Source of the DNA: Bacteriovoracia bacterium | GTDB lineage: Bacteria; Bdellovibrionota; UBA1018; JBFWNL01 | Direction of reading: 5' to 3' | Length of the DNA: 64,000 nucleotides | Assembly: GCA_050251055.1 (NCBI GenBank) | Contig: JBFWNL010000007.1 | Location: forward strand, 128,001-192,000 | Part shown: positions 18,670 to 27,887 of the stretch, piece by piece | How the letters are laid out: every line of letters starts with the position of its first letter | How positions within the stretch are numbered: the stretch's first letter is position 1 | Notes under the pieces: generated by a model | Databases searched by the model: none | What the model was told of the DNA's origin: nothing | What the model saw: the letters and a program-made list of their open reading frames with translations, nothing else | Translations under genes and position numbers: made by a program

Positions 18670-18708
18670 AAAAACAAAACCGCCGGGCCCTTTGCGGCAC
18701 CCGGCGGT
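18670..18708 (-). terminator. Intrinsic terminator
   Basis: ACCGCCGGG/CCCGGCGGT stem with a U tract on the minus strand, downstream of the 18738 gene. Confidence 0.75.
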
Positions 18709-18737
18709 CCAATGTCTTCAAAAAGTCGCGGTCCCGA

Positions 18738-19517
18738 TTACTGGGCGCCGGCGGCTTTCATGCTGGCTTCGATGAAGTCCTTCGCCATGGTGGCGGTGAT
18801 TTCTTCGCCGGCAAGCTTCTTCAGCGACTTGGCGACCTTGGCCGCGAAGCCATCGGTCACTTCGAGCTTGCCCTGCTCGAACGCGGAAACAAGCGCTTCG
18901 CGATCCGCCTTTGCACTGAATTCTTTCGCGAAGATGTCTGTCACGGCGTCGCCGCTTCCGGTCAGGACCGCTTCGTAGCTCTTGCCCAGGATCGCGGCCG
19001 TGGTCTTCTCCGGTAAGCCAAAGTTTTGGGCCGCGCGGGTGACGTTTTCCTCGACGGAAGGATCCAGGCTTTCCAAAGCTTGGTCCGCGTTAGCCGAGTT
19101 GTAGATGCCCGTCACGTAGTACTGACGCACGCAGCGAGTACGGTAGCGGTCGGTGTACCAACGGTGCACATGAACGTGGCGACCGTAGCGGGGTACATAA
19201 ATGTATTCTCTCTCCACGTAGTAGTTGCCGTAAGACGGGATGTAACGAACTTCACGCACTTCGTACGTGGTGACGTGACGGTAGTGAACTCCGCTGTAAT
19301 AGAAATCTTCGTCTGCCAACGTGCCAATGGCCGCGCCGACTAATCCACCGACCGCGGCGCCTACGATGGCTCCGCCCGTTCCGTTATTGCTGCCGATCGC
19401 GGCTCCGGCGATCGCGCCGACGACCGCGCCGACTTGTCCGCCGTTACAGCCGGTTTGAACCGTAGCTACGGTCATCAACGCGGCAACCCAAACAACCTTA
19501 CTTCCAGACTTTTTCAT
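18738..19517 (-). CDS. Glycine-zipper lipoprotein
   Basis: QTGC lipobox-like site, GAVVGAIAGAAIG...GAAVGGLVGAAIG, then a Tyr/His/Arg-rich segment; GAGGAG RBS. Confidence 0.75.
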   Translation of the reverse strand: MKKSGSKVVWVAALMTVATVQTGCNGGQVGAVVGAIAGAAIGSNNGTGGAIVGAAVGGLVGAAIGTLADEDFYYSGVHYRHVTTYEVREVRYIPSYGNYYVEREYIYVPRYGRHVHVHRWYTDRYRTRCVRQYYVTGIYNSANADQALESLDPSVEENVTRAAQNFGLPEKTTAAILGKSYEAVLTGSGDAVTDIFAKEFSAKADREALVSAFEQGKLEVTDGFAAKVAKSLKKLAGEEITATMAKDFIEASMKAAGAQ

Positions 19518-19703
19518 TGCTCACACTCTCCTCTTGGACAGCCCCTTATACAAAAGCTGTGCCTGTCGTAATGCAACTAGTCATGCGCGGCAAGCGATAT
19601 AACGCGTTTCTGGGGGATTTCCTGAGGAGAGAGGAGTGGCCTAGCGCAGAGTGGCCCCGGTTAAAAATTGACTTTTTGAGTATGTTTTTATAAGAGATCT
19701 CCC

Positions 19704-20654
19704 GTGTTTTCGGATACTAAAACTATCTTTAACGCGTTTGGGCGCACTGTCTCTACCGGGGTCATTTTGCGGCTGCTTTTCCTCGCCCTAAGCGGGGTGG
19801 CAGGCCTCCCGTCCGCTGTAGCTTTAGAGGAACCCCCGACGCCTTCGCCTTCTCCGACACCTATCGTCGGTTTCATCGATAGCGGGATGAACCGCGAGCT
19901 TCCCGAATTAAAAGAACACGTCGAATCCGATCCTGGATTCTTTGCCGATCAGGGTTCGGCCGATGTCACTGACGAGCGTGATCACGGCACGGCGGTCACG
20001 GAGCGCTTCGTGAGCCAGGCCAAGGCCCTGGGCGTAAGCGATTTCCAGATTCGGATGGTGAAGATGGAAAGCTCCGCCTTCATCGTCCAGGCCATCGACC
20101 ATCTCATCAGTCAGGGCGCGACCATCATTAATATGAGCATCGACTTCTTCCTGCTCGATAGCGGCGAGCAGGCCCGCTACCAAGAGGCGCTTCGCCGTAA
20201 GTATAATGAAGTCCTCTTCGTGGTGTCTGCGGGCTCGACCCGGATGAATCTCTTCCAGCACGAGCTGCATTCCACCCAGCAGTCTTTAAATAACGTCCTA
20301 GTGGTGGGGGGCACCGCCGAGCTGCCACAGGGCCATGTGATCTCTACCGGCTACGGTTCGGTGGTAGATCTATACGGCGCTCTGAAACCGATCGACGGTC
20401 TCAGCACCACGGGGGAGAGAAAGCGGATGCGCGGGGTGAGCTTCTTTTTGCCCGACGTGACCGCCACCGCGCTCGCGATTTCCGTAAAGTCGGGTGAGAA
20501 ACGCCCGCGTAAGCTGATCTCGAAGCTTTCTAAATGCACGACCACGATTCGCACCACCGGTGACCCCAAGAAGCGGATCAGCCTTTTGGGGAAACCGAGT
20601 GATTGCATCACCAAGCTTTTCCCCCCGAAGCCGGCGCCCGAAACCCCGAAGTAG
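19704..20654 (+). CDS. Divergent S8 subtilisin-like serine peptidase (start uncertain)
   Basis: FIDSG, DHGTAV, IINMS, VVSAG and GVSF motifs give an Asp-His-Ser triad in S8 order. Confidence 0.72.
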   Translation: MFSDTKTIFNAFGRTVSTGVILRLLFLALSGVAGLPSAVALEEPPTPSPSPTPIVGFIDSGMNRELPELKEHVESDPGFFADQGSADVTDERDHGTAVTERFVSQAKALGVSDFQIRMVKMESSAFIVQAIDHLISQGATIINMSIDFFLLDSGEQARYQEALRRKYNEVLFVVSAGSTRMNLFQHELHSTQQSLNNVLVVGGTAELPQGHVISTGYGSVVDLYGALKPIDGLSTTGERKRMRGVSFFLPDVTATALAISVKSGEKRPRKLISKLSKCTTTIRTTGDPKKRISLLGKPSDCITKLFPPKPAPETPK

Positions 20655-20657
20655 TTT

Positions 20658-21218
20658 CTAGACCCGCTGTAGAGTGTTTCGGTCGGTATGCGCGAAGGGT
20701 TGCGGCCGACCGGGCATTTGGAGATAGGTCGTCTCGTCGTAGCTGATCCGCCGACCGTCGTGGATTTCCACCGTAATTTCGTACTTCACCGTCTTGAATT
20801 CCCGGTCGAGGAAAGGGTTCGAGGCGATGCCATAGGTGGCCGACCCCAGATTGGCTTCTAGGCGAAATTTGCGGTCGTCAGCCTTAACGGCTCCGCCCGC
20901 GAGGACCGTGACTCCGCGAGGGACGATGAAGCAACAATAGACCTCTTCCCGGGCGCCGTCCCAGAGCCAGTAGCCCGTCTCTTCGTGAAATGAGTCGGCT
21001 TCACCTAAGCGCCAGGCCATTTTGGAAAAACGCAGCCCGAAAAGCTTCTGCTCGTGGTTGTCGACCGGGCCAAAGGCCTCGAAGCGGATCTGCTCACGGA
21101 ACTTATTGTTTTCCGAGCCTTGACGGTCGTCGTCGGGAGCCACGTCGTCGCCCTTGTTGCCTTCCCACACTCCCACCAGCGGCGCGAGCGGTCCTAGATT
21201 TTTAAGAATTTCTTCCAT
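20658..21218 (-). CDS. Nitrobindin/DUF1794 heme-binding beta-barrel protein
   Basis: LGPLAPLVGVWEG, FHEETGYWLWD and C-terminal HTDRNTL motifs. Confidence 0.85.
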   Translation of the reverse strand: MEEILKNLGPLAPLVGVWEGNKGDDVAPDDDRQGSENNKFREQIRFEAFGPVDNHEQKLFGLRFSKMAWRLGEADSFHEETGYWLWDGAREEVYCCFIVPRGVTVLAGGAVKADDRKFRLEANLGSATYGIASNPFLDREFKTVKYEITVEIHDGRRISYDETTYLQMPGRPQPFAHTDRNTLQRV

Positions 21219-21259
21219 AACTTTGGATTTTAGACGTGACGGGAAAAATTTGCCAGCGG

Positions 21260-22015
21260 TTAGACGACGGTGAGAATGCGAGGGCCGGCGTCGGTGATGA
21301 GCACGGTATGCTCGTATTGCGCCGACCAGGTCCGATCCGAAGTTTCGAAGATCGTGATTTTCGACTTTGGGATAGGGAGTTCACGGATGGGAGCGGAAGT
21401 GGAGTTGATCATCGGCTCCACGGTGATCGCGCCGCCCGCGAGCAGGATGTCGCCCCGGCCTTTTTTCCCGAACGACGGGACGAAGGGATCTTCGTGGAAG
21501 CCCCGGCCGATGCCGTGCCCCCCGATTTCCTTTACCGCGAAGTAGCCGCGCTTGCGGGCGTACTTTTCGATCGCGAAACCAATATCGCCGGTGGTGCCGT
21601 TTGGGGTAATGGCTTGGATCCCCTTGTGCATCGCCTGGAACGCGACGTCGCAGAGGGTTTTCGCTGCTTCCGAAACGTCGCCGACGAAAAACATCGAGGA
21701 GGTATCCCCGTGAAAGCCATCCTGCAGAACGGTGACGTCGATGTTGATGATGTCGCCGTCGTTGAGCACCCGCCCGTCCGGTACGCCGTGGCAGATGACT
21801 TCGTTCACCGAAGTGCAAATCGCTTTGGGGTAACCGTGGTAACCGATACAGGCGGACTTGGCGCCTCGGCTCAGGATGAAGTCGTTGGCGATCTGGTCGA
21901 GTTCGAGGGTGGTGATGCCCGGCCGCACATGCTTACCGGTGTGGACCAATGCCTCGGCCGCGAGCTTGCAGGCTTTTTCCAGAAGGCGGATTTCCGAGGC
22001 GGTTTTAACGAGCAT
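21260..22015 (-). CDS. map: Type I methionine aminopeptidase
   Basis: CTSVNEVICHGVP, NIDVT, GDTS, GHGIG, TVEPMIN and AQYEHT motifs. Confidence 0.96.
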   Translation of the reverse strand: MLVKTASEIRLLEKACKLAAEALVHTGKHVRPGITTLELDQIANDFILSRGAKSACIGYHGYPKAICTSVNEVICHGVPDGRVLNDGDIINIDVTVLQDGFHGDTSSMFFVGDVSEAAKTLCDVAFQAMHKGIQAITPNGTTGDIGFAIEKYARKRGYFAVKEIGGHGIGRGFHEDPFVPSFGKKGRGDILLAGGAITVEPMINSTSAPIRELPIPKSKITIFETSDRTWSAQYEHTVLITDAGPRILTVV

Positions 22016-22148
22016 GCGCCCGGCAGATTAGCACAATTTTTGGATTAAGGGTTAACTCCCCGAAGCATCGAAGCTCTTATTCGGCTTCCGGCTCAGGCGC
22101 CCTCCGCCTTTCGGCATATTTATCCGTGCGCCATTTTCCAAGTGAAAA

Positions 22149-22225
22149 TGGCGCACCCGGAAGGATTCGAACCTCCGACCCTCTGGTCCGAAGCCAGATG
22201 CTCTATCCAGCTGAGCTACGGGTGC
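22149..22225 (-). tRNA. tRNA-Arg, anticodon UCG
   Basis: GCACCCGTAGCTCAGCTGGATAGAGCATCTGGCTTCGGACCAGAGGGTCGGAGGTTCGAATCCTTCCGGGTGCGCCA: 77-nt cloverleaf, anticodon loop CT-TCG-GA, encoded CCA. Confidence 0.96.
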
Positions 22226-22252
22226 GTGTTTTCTATTTAATCCAGTTCGGGG

Positions 22253-23047
22253 CTATTTGCCCAGGATTTCCTTGAAGAAGTCGCGCATGGCCTGCCACGA
22301 ACGGCGATCCGCGTCCGCGTGGTAGGCTTGGCCTTTGCTGGGGTCGTTGCCCGCGTCTTTATGGGTGAAGGAATGCACGGCGCCGGAGTACTTCACGAGC
22401 TGCCAATCGACCTTACCTGCGCGCATTTCGTCCTCGAAGGCCTTTACCTCTTCGTCCTTCACGAACGGGTCATCGGCTCCGTGCAGGGCGAGCACCTTCG
22501 CTTTCACATTTTTTGCGTCCTCGGGCTTGGGAGTGCCCAGCCCACCGTGAAAACTGACCACGCCCTTCACGTCGGCGCCGGAGCGGGCGAGTTCGAGCAC
22601 GGTGGTGCCGCCGAAGCAGTAACCAATGGCGGCGAGGTGAGATGCGTCCACGCCTTTCTGCTTTTTCAGCTCTTCCAGGGCCGCGTTTACGTGGATGCGC
22701 AGTTTCGCGCGGTCGTTCTTGAAGCTGCCCGACAGGGCGGCGGCGTCTTTTGGGTCTTGGGGACGGATCCCCTTGCCGTAAATGTCGGCGGCGAAGGCGA
22801 CGTACCCGAGTTTAGCCAGCATGTCGGCGCGTTCCTTGGCGTTCGCATCGAGCCCCTTCCATGCATGAACGACCAGCACGCCGGGCTTCTTCTTAGGTCC
22901 GACCGAATCGACCGCGAGGTAGCCCTCGAAGACGGTGTCGCCGATTTTGTACTCCACGTTTTGGGTCTTGATGGCGGCGGGCGCGGTAGCCGGGAAGAGC
23001 AGCGCGAAGATCAAAGTGAATGGGGCGATGGCAATAGCGCGAAGCAT
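22253..23047 (-). CDS. Dienelactone hydrolase family protein, secreted
   Basis: GYCFGG nucleophile elbow, HGADD, HSFT; signal peptide. Confidence 0.92.
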   Translation of the reverse strand: MLRAIAIAPFTLIFALLFPATAPAAIKTQNVEYKIGDTVFEGYLAVDSVGPKKKPGVLVVHAWKGLDANAKERADMLAKLGYVAFAADIYGKGIRPQDPKDAAALSGSFKNDRAKLRIHVNAALEELKKQKGVDASHLAAIGYCFGGTTVLELARSGADVKGVVSFHGGLGTPKPEDAKNVKAKVLALHGADDPFVKDEEVKAFEDEMRAGKVDWQLVKYSGAVHSFTHKDAGNDPSKGQAYHADADRRSWQAMRDFFKEILGK

Positions 23048-23106
23048 AATGAATTCTCCTTTGGGAGAGGGGAGTATAGCCCGACGATCGCGGCTGGCAA
23101 CGCTTT

Positions 23107-24366
23107 TTAGGCGTTCAGTTCACGGTACTTTTGCGAGCTCTTGCGCAATATCGGCACGATGAGCGCAAGCCAGATGAGCGCGCAGCCGAACGACATCCAG
23201 GAGTAGAAGGTTACCCCGACGAGTCCAACGAGTCGCGCACCCAATATGCCGAGCGACGCGCCTCCTTTGGCCGTGCGGTACCCGAATACGTCGATGAACT
23301 CCTTGGCGCGGTAGCGCGCATCGAACGGAAGCGGAACGTACAAAAGTTCCTTCGTGATGCGGAAAAACGAGTAATCGAAGGACTTGAAGAGCAGGAACGC
23401 CGCGCTGACGGTGGTGAGCGACGGATAAAAAACCGCGGCGCCCGTGGCAATCACGTGCACGGTCGGAATCATGGCCTGGATAAAGACGGTGCCAAACCAC
23501 TTCAGGGCTAGAGGCGCGACGAGGAATTGAAAGGTGAACGAAAACCCGTTGAGGATCGCATAGAACTGGCCCGAGTAGGCGGTTTGTGAATTCAGATCCG
23601 GTATAGCTTGCTGCAAATAGCTTTGGAAATTCAGTCCGATCACGGCCGCCAGGGCCTGGGTCGTGACCACGAGAAGCAAGATCACGTTGAGCATGGGGAT
23701 ATCGCGAAAGAGCTTTAGATTGAGTTTCAGCTCGGCGAATATTCCGCCGGCGTGCGCTTGTTTCTGGGAAGTCTCGCTCGGCGCTTCGAATAGGCGATCG
23801 GCCACTTTTTTATAGGCGATGTTCGCAAGGAAAGTCGCCGGAAAAACGGACGCGGCCGTGAAGATGAGCAGCTGTTGCGTACCCAGCGTGTGCGCCGCCT
23901 TGCTGACGAACAACCCGCCCACGATGGATCCGATGCTGGCGCTTCCGAGGAAAAATCCGTTCCAGCTTTTCGCGGTGGGTGCGTCGAGCGTGCTGTCGAT
24001 GAAGGACCAATACTGCTCGAGAATCAGCACGAGATAAATTTCGCGAAAGATATACAGGAACCAGCGCATCACCGTGACATTGCCGGCGATCGATGCGTAG
24101 GTGAGGAAAAGGATGACTCCGCAAGCCAGGCTCGTGACGACCAACGTACGGCGCGGGCCCATCTTGGAGAGGATCTTATTGTAAAACAGTAAGATGACGA
24201 ACATCGAGGGCAGCATGAGCGCCAGTACAACGGGAAGATTCTCCGTGCCATAGGCTTGCTGAAACAGGGTATTGGAGGCGCTCCTGACGCATTCATAACC
24301 AAAGAAGAGGGTGAATACCGCAAAACACATGTAGGCCATCATGGCCCGGAGCTGTTTTTTTGCCAT
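23107..24366 (-). CDS. NTT/TLC (Npt1/Npt2-like) nucleotide transporter family protein
   Basis: About 12 TM helices; YECVRSASNTLF, QYWSFID and KSFDYSFFRITKELLYVPL...AKEFIDVFGYRTAKG motifs. Confidence 0.8.
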   Translation of the reverse strand: MAKKQLRAMMAYMCFAVFTLFFGYECVRSASNTLFQQAYGTENLPVVLALMLPSMFVILLFYNKILSKMGPRRTLVVTSLACGVILFLTYASIAGNVTVMRWFLYIFREIYLVLILEQYWSFIDSTLDAPTAKSWNGFFLGSASIGSIVGGLFVSKAAHTLGTQQLLIFTAASVFPATFLANIAYKKVADRLFEAPSETSQKQAHAGGIFAELKLNLKLFRDIPMLNVILLLVVTTQALAAVIGLNFQSYLQQAIPDLNSQTAYSGQFYAILNGFSFTFQFLVAPLALKWFGTVFIQAMIPTVHVIATGAAVFYPSLTTVSAAFLLFKSFDYSFFRITKELLYVPLPFDARYRAKEFIDVFGYRTAKGGASLGILGARLVGLVGVTFYSWMSFGCALIWLALIVPILRKSSQKYRELNA

Positions 24367-24458
24367 GATTTCAGGCTACTTGAATTCTTTCCGTTCACCA
24401 GGGGAAATTAGAGAAAATTAATCGAAGTTTCATCCCGTCTTCATTCCCTTAACCGATA

Positions 24459-24971
24459 GTGAAGGACATGTGGAAACGGGTTCAGAATTTCTTGCCGACG
24501 TTGGTGGTGATTGTAGGGATTTTTGCCTTCCGTTGGAGCTTTGCCGATCAATACGTGATCCCGTCGGGTTCGATGGAGCCTACGATTCAGATCGGCGATC
24601 ATGTGATCGTCAATAAATTGGCCTACGATTTTCGCGCTCCTTTCTCGGACTCCGCGTTATTTCGCACGGGGGAACCCCGGCGCGGCGACGTGATCGTATT
24701 CATCGATCCACGCGACGGGAGTACGCGGCTCATCAAGCGCCTGGCGGGACTGCCCGGCGAACGTATCGAGGTGGATGGCCGGGTTTGGCAAGTGCCTCCC
24801 GGGGAGTACTTCTTCCTGGGCGATAATCGCGGCAACAGCGCCGACAGCCGGTATTGGGGGACGGTGAAACGGTCGGCGTTGTTAGGACGGGCCACGCGGA
24901 TTTTCTATTCGGTGACGTGGCCCGGGGTTTTGCCCGAGGTGAGTTTTGCCCGGAGTGGCCTGACTTTGTAG
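24459..24971 (+). CDS. lepB: Signal peptidase I
   Basis: IPSGSMEPT, RGDVIVF, IKR and GDNRGNSADSRYWG motifs. Confidence 0.93.
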   Translation: MKDMWKRVQNFLPTLVVIVGIFAFRWSFADQYVIPSGSMEPTIQIGDHVIVNKLAYDFRAPFSDSALFRTGEPRRGDVIVFIDPRDGSTRLIKRLAGLPGERIEVDGRVWQVPPGEYFFLGDNRGNSADSRYWGTVKRSALLGRATRIFYSVTWPGVLPEVSFARSGLTL

Positions 24972-24999
24972 TGAACGAAAACGAAAGGAAAGAGCAAGC

Positions 25000-25743
25000 A
25001 TGAGGAATGGACGGTATCGGAGCGCGCGGAGATGGACATCGTTAGGGTTGGTCGCCGTGGTTGGGGGAGGCGGCACGATCGGTTCGGCGCGGGCCGATTC
25101 TTTTGGCGAGAAGTGCGGCGACATTCCGGGGTGCGCCCGGGCCGTGGGTGAGCTCTTAAAGCAAAAATACATTTTCGACGCCGACGTTCGCGGTGGGATG
25201 AAAAGCAGCGGCAATGTCGAGCTCACGGCGGAGAATGCCGAAGTCCTTTTCACGAGCATGCTCAACGCCAACGGCTATACGCGCGTACCCGTCGGCGACG
25301 GTAAAACCTACCAGATTCAACGCCAGCGCGACGCGCGCGACACCGCGATTCCCTTCGTCACGGCCAGCCGCGAGCAGGCCCCCGTCCTGCCTGCTAACTG
25401 GGACATGATGACGTTAAAGTATCGGGCTTCCCATCCCGAGGTCATCGAGCAGATCGCCCGCGTTTGCCGGTCCTTCATGCCGGCTGGGGCACGTATCATT
25501 CCTTCCGACTTGGGCGGTGGCATGTTGCTCGTCACCGATACGGCGATGAACTTGCGCAAGGTTTACGAGATCATCCGCGATCACGACCAAAAACCCGGAC
25601 CCGAGCAGAAACGTCGGTGGGCAGAGCGAGAGCGCAAAGCCGCGGAACGGGAGCGACGAGAAGAGCGCGAGGGGTGGCGCGGTCCGCCGGGGCGCCACGA
25701 GGCCAAACCCGAAAAATCAGAGCCCAAGTCGGAGACCGGTTAG
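25000..25743 (+). CDS. Stand-alone GspD-like secretin N0+N1 domain protein (no secretin barrel)
   Basis: KYIFDADVRG...LFTSMLNANGYT (N0-like) and MLLVTDTAMNLRKVYEIIRDHD (Secretin_N-like), then a charged tail. Confidence 0.65.
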   Translation: MRNGRYRSARRWTSLGLVAVVGGGGTIGSARADSFGEKCGDIPGCARAVGELLKQKYIFDADVRGGMKSSGNVELTAENAEVLFTSMLNANGYTRVPVGDGKTYQIQRQRDARDTAIPFVTASREQAPVLPANWDMMTLKYRASHPEVIEQIARVCRSFMPAGARIIPSDLGGGMLLVTDTAMNLRKVYEIIRDHDQKPGPEQKRRWAERERKAAERERREEREGWRGPPGRHEAKPEKSEPKSETG

Positions 25744-26654
25744 CTCATGCCCGGCGGTCGTTGACTCACCAGGAATTGAGCCAGGTTTCGCATGTCTTCC
25801 AGGCGGGGGAAGCTCTCCCGGCAGTAGAGGGAGAGCTTCCTCCCCACCTGCTTGCTCTCGAAGGGGCGGTAGTCCACGAGGTGAGCGAGCAGCTCCTTGT
25901 CCCGAGCCGCGAGCAAAGGCACCAGCGTATAGCCGGCGCCGGTGGCAACCAGTTGCTTGAGGGTTTCCAGGCTGGCCGCGTGGAAGGGGCGATTGGGCGT
26001 GCGTCGGCTGGCGGGACAGAAGTCCACCGTTTGGTCTTTCAGACAGTGACCGTCTTCTAATAACACCATCTCCCCGGCATCGAGGTCCGCCGTGCGAATC
26101 TTCGCTTTTTTCGCGAGCGCGTGGCCGTGTGGCGCCGCCAACAAAAACGGTTCGAAGAAGAGGGGAAACTCATGCAGTCCGTGCGAATCGAAGGTGGGGG
26201 AGGCAATCGCGGCATCCAGGGCGCCGGCGCGCAGATCCTCGATCAGCGTTTCTGTTAGGCCCTCTTTGATGACGAGCTGGAGCTGGGGATAGTGCTTGCG
26301 TAGGGGCCGGAGAAGATGAGGTAGGAGATAAGGCCCTACCGACGCGATGGCGCCCAAGCTTAGGTGGCCATCAAAGGGGCCGCGGCGAGTGGCGCCGAGC
26401 TGGGCGAGGCGTCTTGCTTCTTCTAGTACTACCTTTGCTTGCTGAACGATCGCCCGGCCTGGATCGGTGAGGCTGACCCGGCGATTCGTTCGTTCAAAAA
26501 CCGTCTGGCCAAGGATCTCCTCGGCCTTCTTTACCTGGCCGCTCAACGCCGGCTGGCTGACGTGACAGGCTCGGGCCGCGCGTCCGAAATGACCGTGCTC
26601 GGCCACGGCCACGAGGTATTCCAAATCCCGTAAAGAAATCGCCGGCAGATTCAT
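25740..26654 (-). CDS. oxyR: Hydrogen peroxide-sensing LysR regulator
   Basis: HFGRAARACHVSQPALS HTH; LLEDGHCLKDQTVDFC redox Cys pair; divergent from ahpC. Confidence 0.93.
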   Translation of the reverse strand: MNLPAISLRDLEYLVAVAEHGHFGRAARACHVSQPALSGQVKKAEEILGQTVFERTNRRVSLTDPGRAIVQQAKVVLEEARRLAQLGATRRGPFDGHLSLGAIASVGPYLLPHLLRPLRKHYPQLQLVIKEGLTETLIEDLRAGALDAAIASPTFDSHGLHEFPLFFEPFLLAAPHGHALAKKAKIRTADLDAGEMVLLEDGHCLKDQTVDFCPASRRTPNRPFHAASLETLKQLVATGAGYTLVPLLAARDKELLAHLVDYRPFESKQVGRKLSLYCRESFPRLEDMRNLAQFLVSQRPPGMS

Positions 26655-26689
26655 AAGTTATTCCTATTATTATATTAACATTAATCGAT
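26653..26689. promoter_or_regulatory. OxyR operator
   Basis: ATAA-N7-CTAT-N7-TTAA-N7-CGAT fits the ATAG-N7-CTAT-N7-ATAG-N7-CTAT spacing, overlapping the oxyR start. Confidence 0.75.
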
Positions 26690-26757
26690 TGGAATTATCA
26701 ACCCAAACTCCCGTAAGGTGGGGAAAGAAGCAAACCTTGAAGGAGGATTTGAAACCT

Positions 26758-27303
26758 ATGTCTCGTATCTTAAGCGTCGGGGAGACCTTCCCTGATTTTT
26801 CCATGCAAGCCTGCGTATCGATCGAAAAGGGGAAGGAGTTTGCCACCCTGGACTCCTCGAAAATGAAGGGCAAGTGGTCCGTCGTATTCTTTTGGCCGCT
26901 CGACTTCACGTTCGTTTGCCCGACGGAGATCGCCGAATTCAACAAAGAAGTGAAAGCGTTCCGCGAACGCGACGCCGAAGTTTATGGCGTGAGCACGGAT
27001 AGCCACTTCGTCCACCTAGCTTGGCGTCAGAACCACGCCGACCTGAAGAACCTCGCGTTTCCCATGTTGGCGGATAACAAAAAGGAGTTGAGCGAGGCCC
27101 TGGGGATCCTGCACAAGACCGACAAGGTCCCGCTTCGCGCGACGTTCATCGTCGATCCGGATCGCGTGATTCGTTGGGTGAGTGTCAACGACTTGAGCGT
27201 GGGGCGTAACGTGAAGGAAGTCATCCGTACGCTGGACGCCTTGCAGACCGACGAACTTTGTCCCTGCAATTGGCAGAAGGGCCAAGACACCTTGAAGGTT
27301 TAA
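26758..27303 (+). CDS. ahpC: 2-Cys peroxiredoxin
   Basis: FWPLDFTFVCPTE and LCPCNW motifs; AGGAGG RBS before the ATG at 26758. Confidence 0.95.
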   Translation: MSRILSVGETFPDFSMQACVSIEKGKEFATLDSSKMKGKWSVVFFWPLDFTFVCPTEIAEFNKEVKAFRERDAEVYGVSTDSHFVHLAWRQNHADLKNLAFPMLADNKKELSEALGILHKTDKVPLRATFIVDPDRVIRWVSVNDLSVGRNVKEVIRTLDALQTDELCPCNWQKGQDTLKV

Positions 27304-27327
27304 CGCAAGAGGAAATAGGAGAACAAA

Positions 27328-27873
27328 ATGGAAGCGACCCAACTAGAAAAATTGGAGAACCTGCTCGGCGAGGGCCAAACCGCCATCGCCCGGGATCTGA
27401 ATCTCAACTTGAAACGCGTATTGACGGAAGGGTCGTTGAGTGGCGAGGAGGGCCTGCTGACCCTCCTCGCTACGGCCACCTCGGTCGAGCATCGTACACT
27501 CGCGGAATTTGCCCAGGAGGCGCTCGCGGCTTCCGGAATGGATCCTGCACTGATTCAAGAAGCACGTGAGAGCGCCGCTATGATGGGCATGCTGAATATG
27601 TATTACCGTTTTCGGCACATGATCGGTGCCGAAAATGGCAAGGCAGATGATTACCGCACTGCGGGGTTGCGCATGACGGCGCTCGCGAAGCCGGTGTTAG
27701 GCAAGGAGCGCTTCGAGATGCTGGCATTCGCGGTTTCGGTGCTGAACGGGTGCGAGAGTTGCATCCGTTCGCATGAAAAGGTGTTACGGGACCATGGATT
27801 GAGCGCCGATAAAGTTCACGATCTGGTGCGGATCGCGGCGGTGGTGAAAGCGCAAAAGGCGCTGAAATTTTAA
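27328..27873 (+). CDS. ahpD: Alkylhydroperoxidase AhpD
   Basis: MGMLNMYYRFRH and SVLNGCESCIRSH motifs; follows ahpC. Confidence 0.93.
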   Translation: MEATQLEKLENLLGEGQTAIARDLNLNLKRVLTEGSLSGEEGLLTLLATATSVEHRTLAEFAQEALAASGMDPALIQEARESAAMMGMLNMYYRFRHMIGAENGKADDYRTAGLRMTALAKPVLGKERFEMLAFAVSVLNGCESCIRSHEKVLRDHGLSADKVHDLVRIAAVVKAQKALKF

Positions 27874-27887
27874 GGGAGGACCTAACT

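Noticed and set aside
22149-22225. tRNA as an island attachment site
   Set aside because: No integrase nearby and no direct repeat of the 3' end noticed; the flanks are housekeeping-type genes
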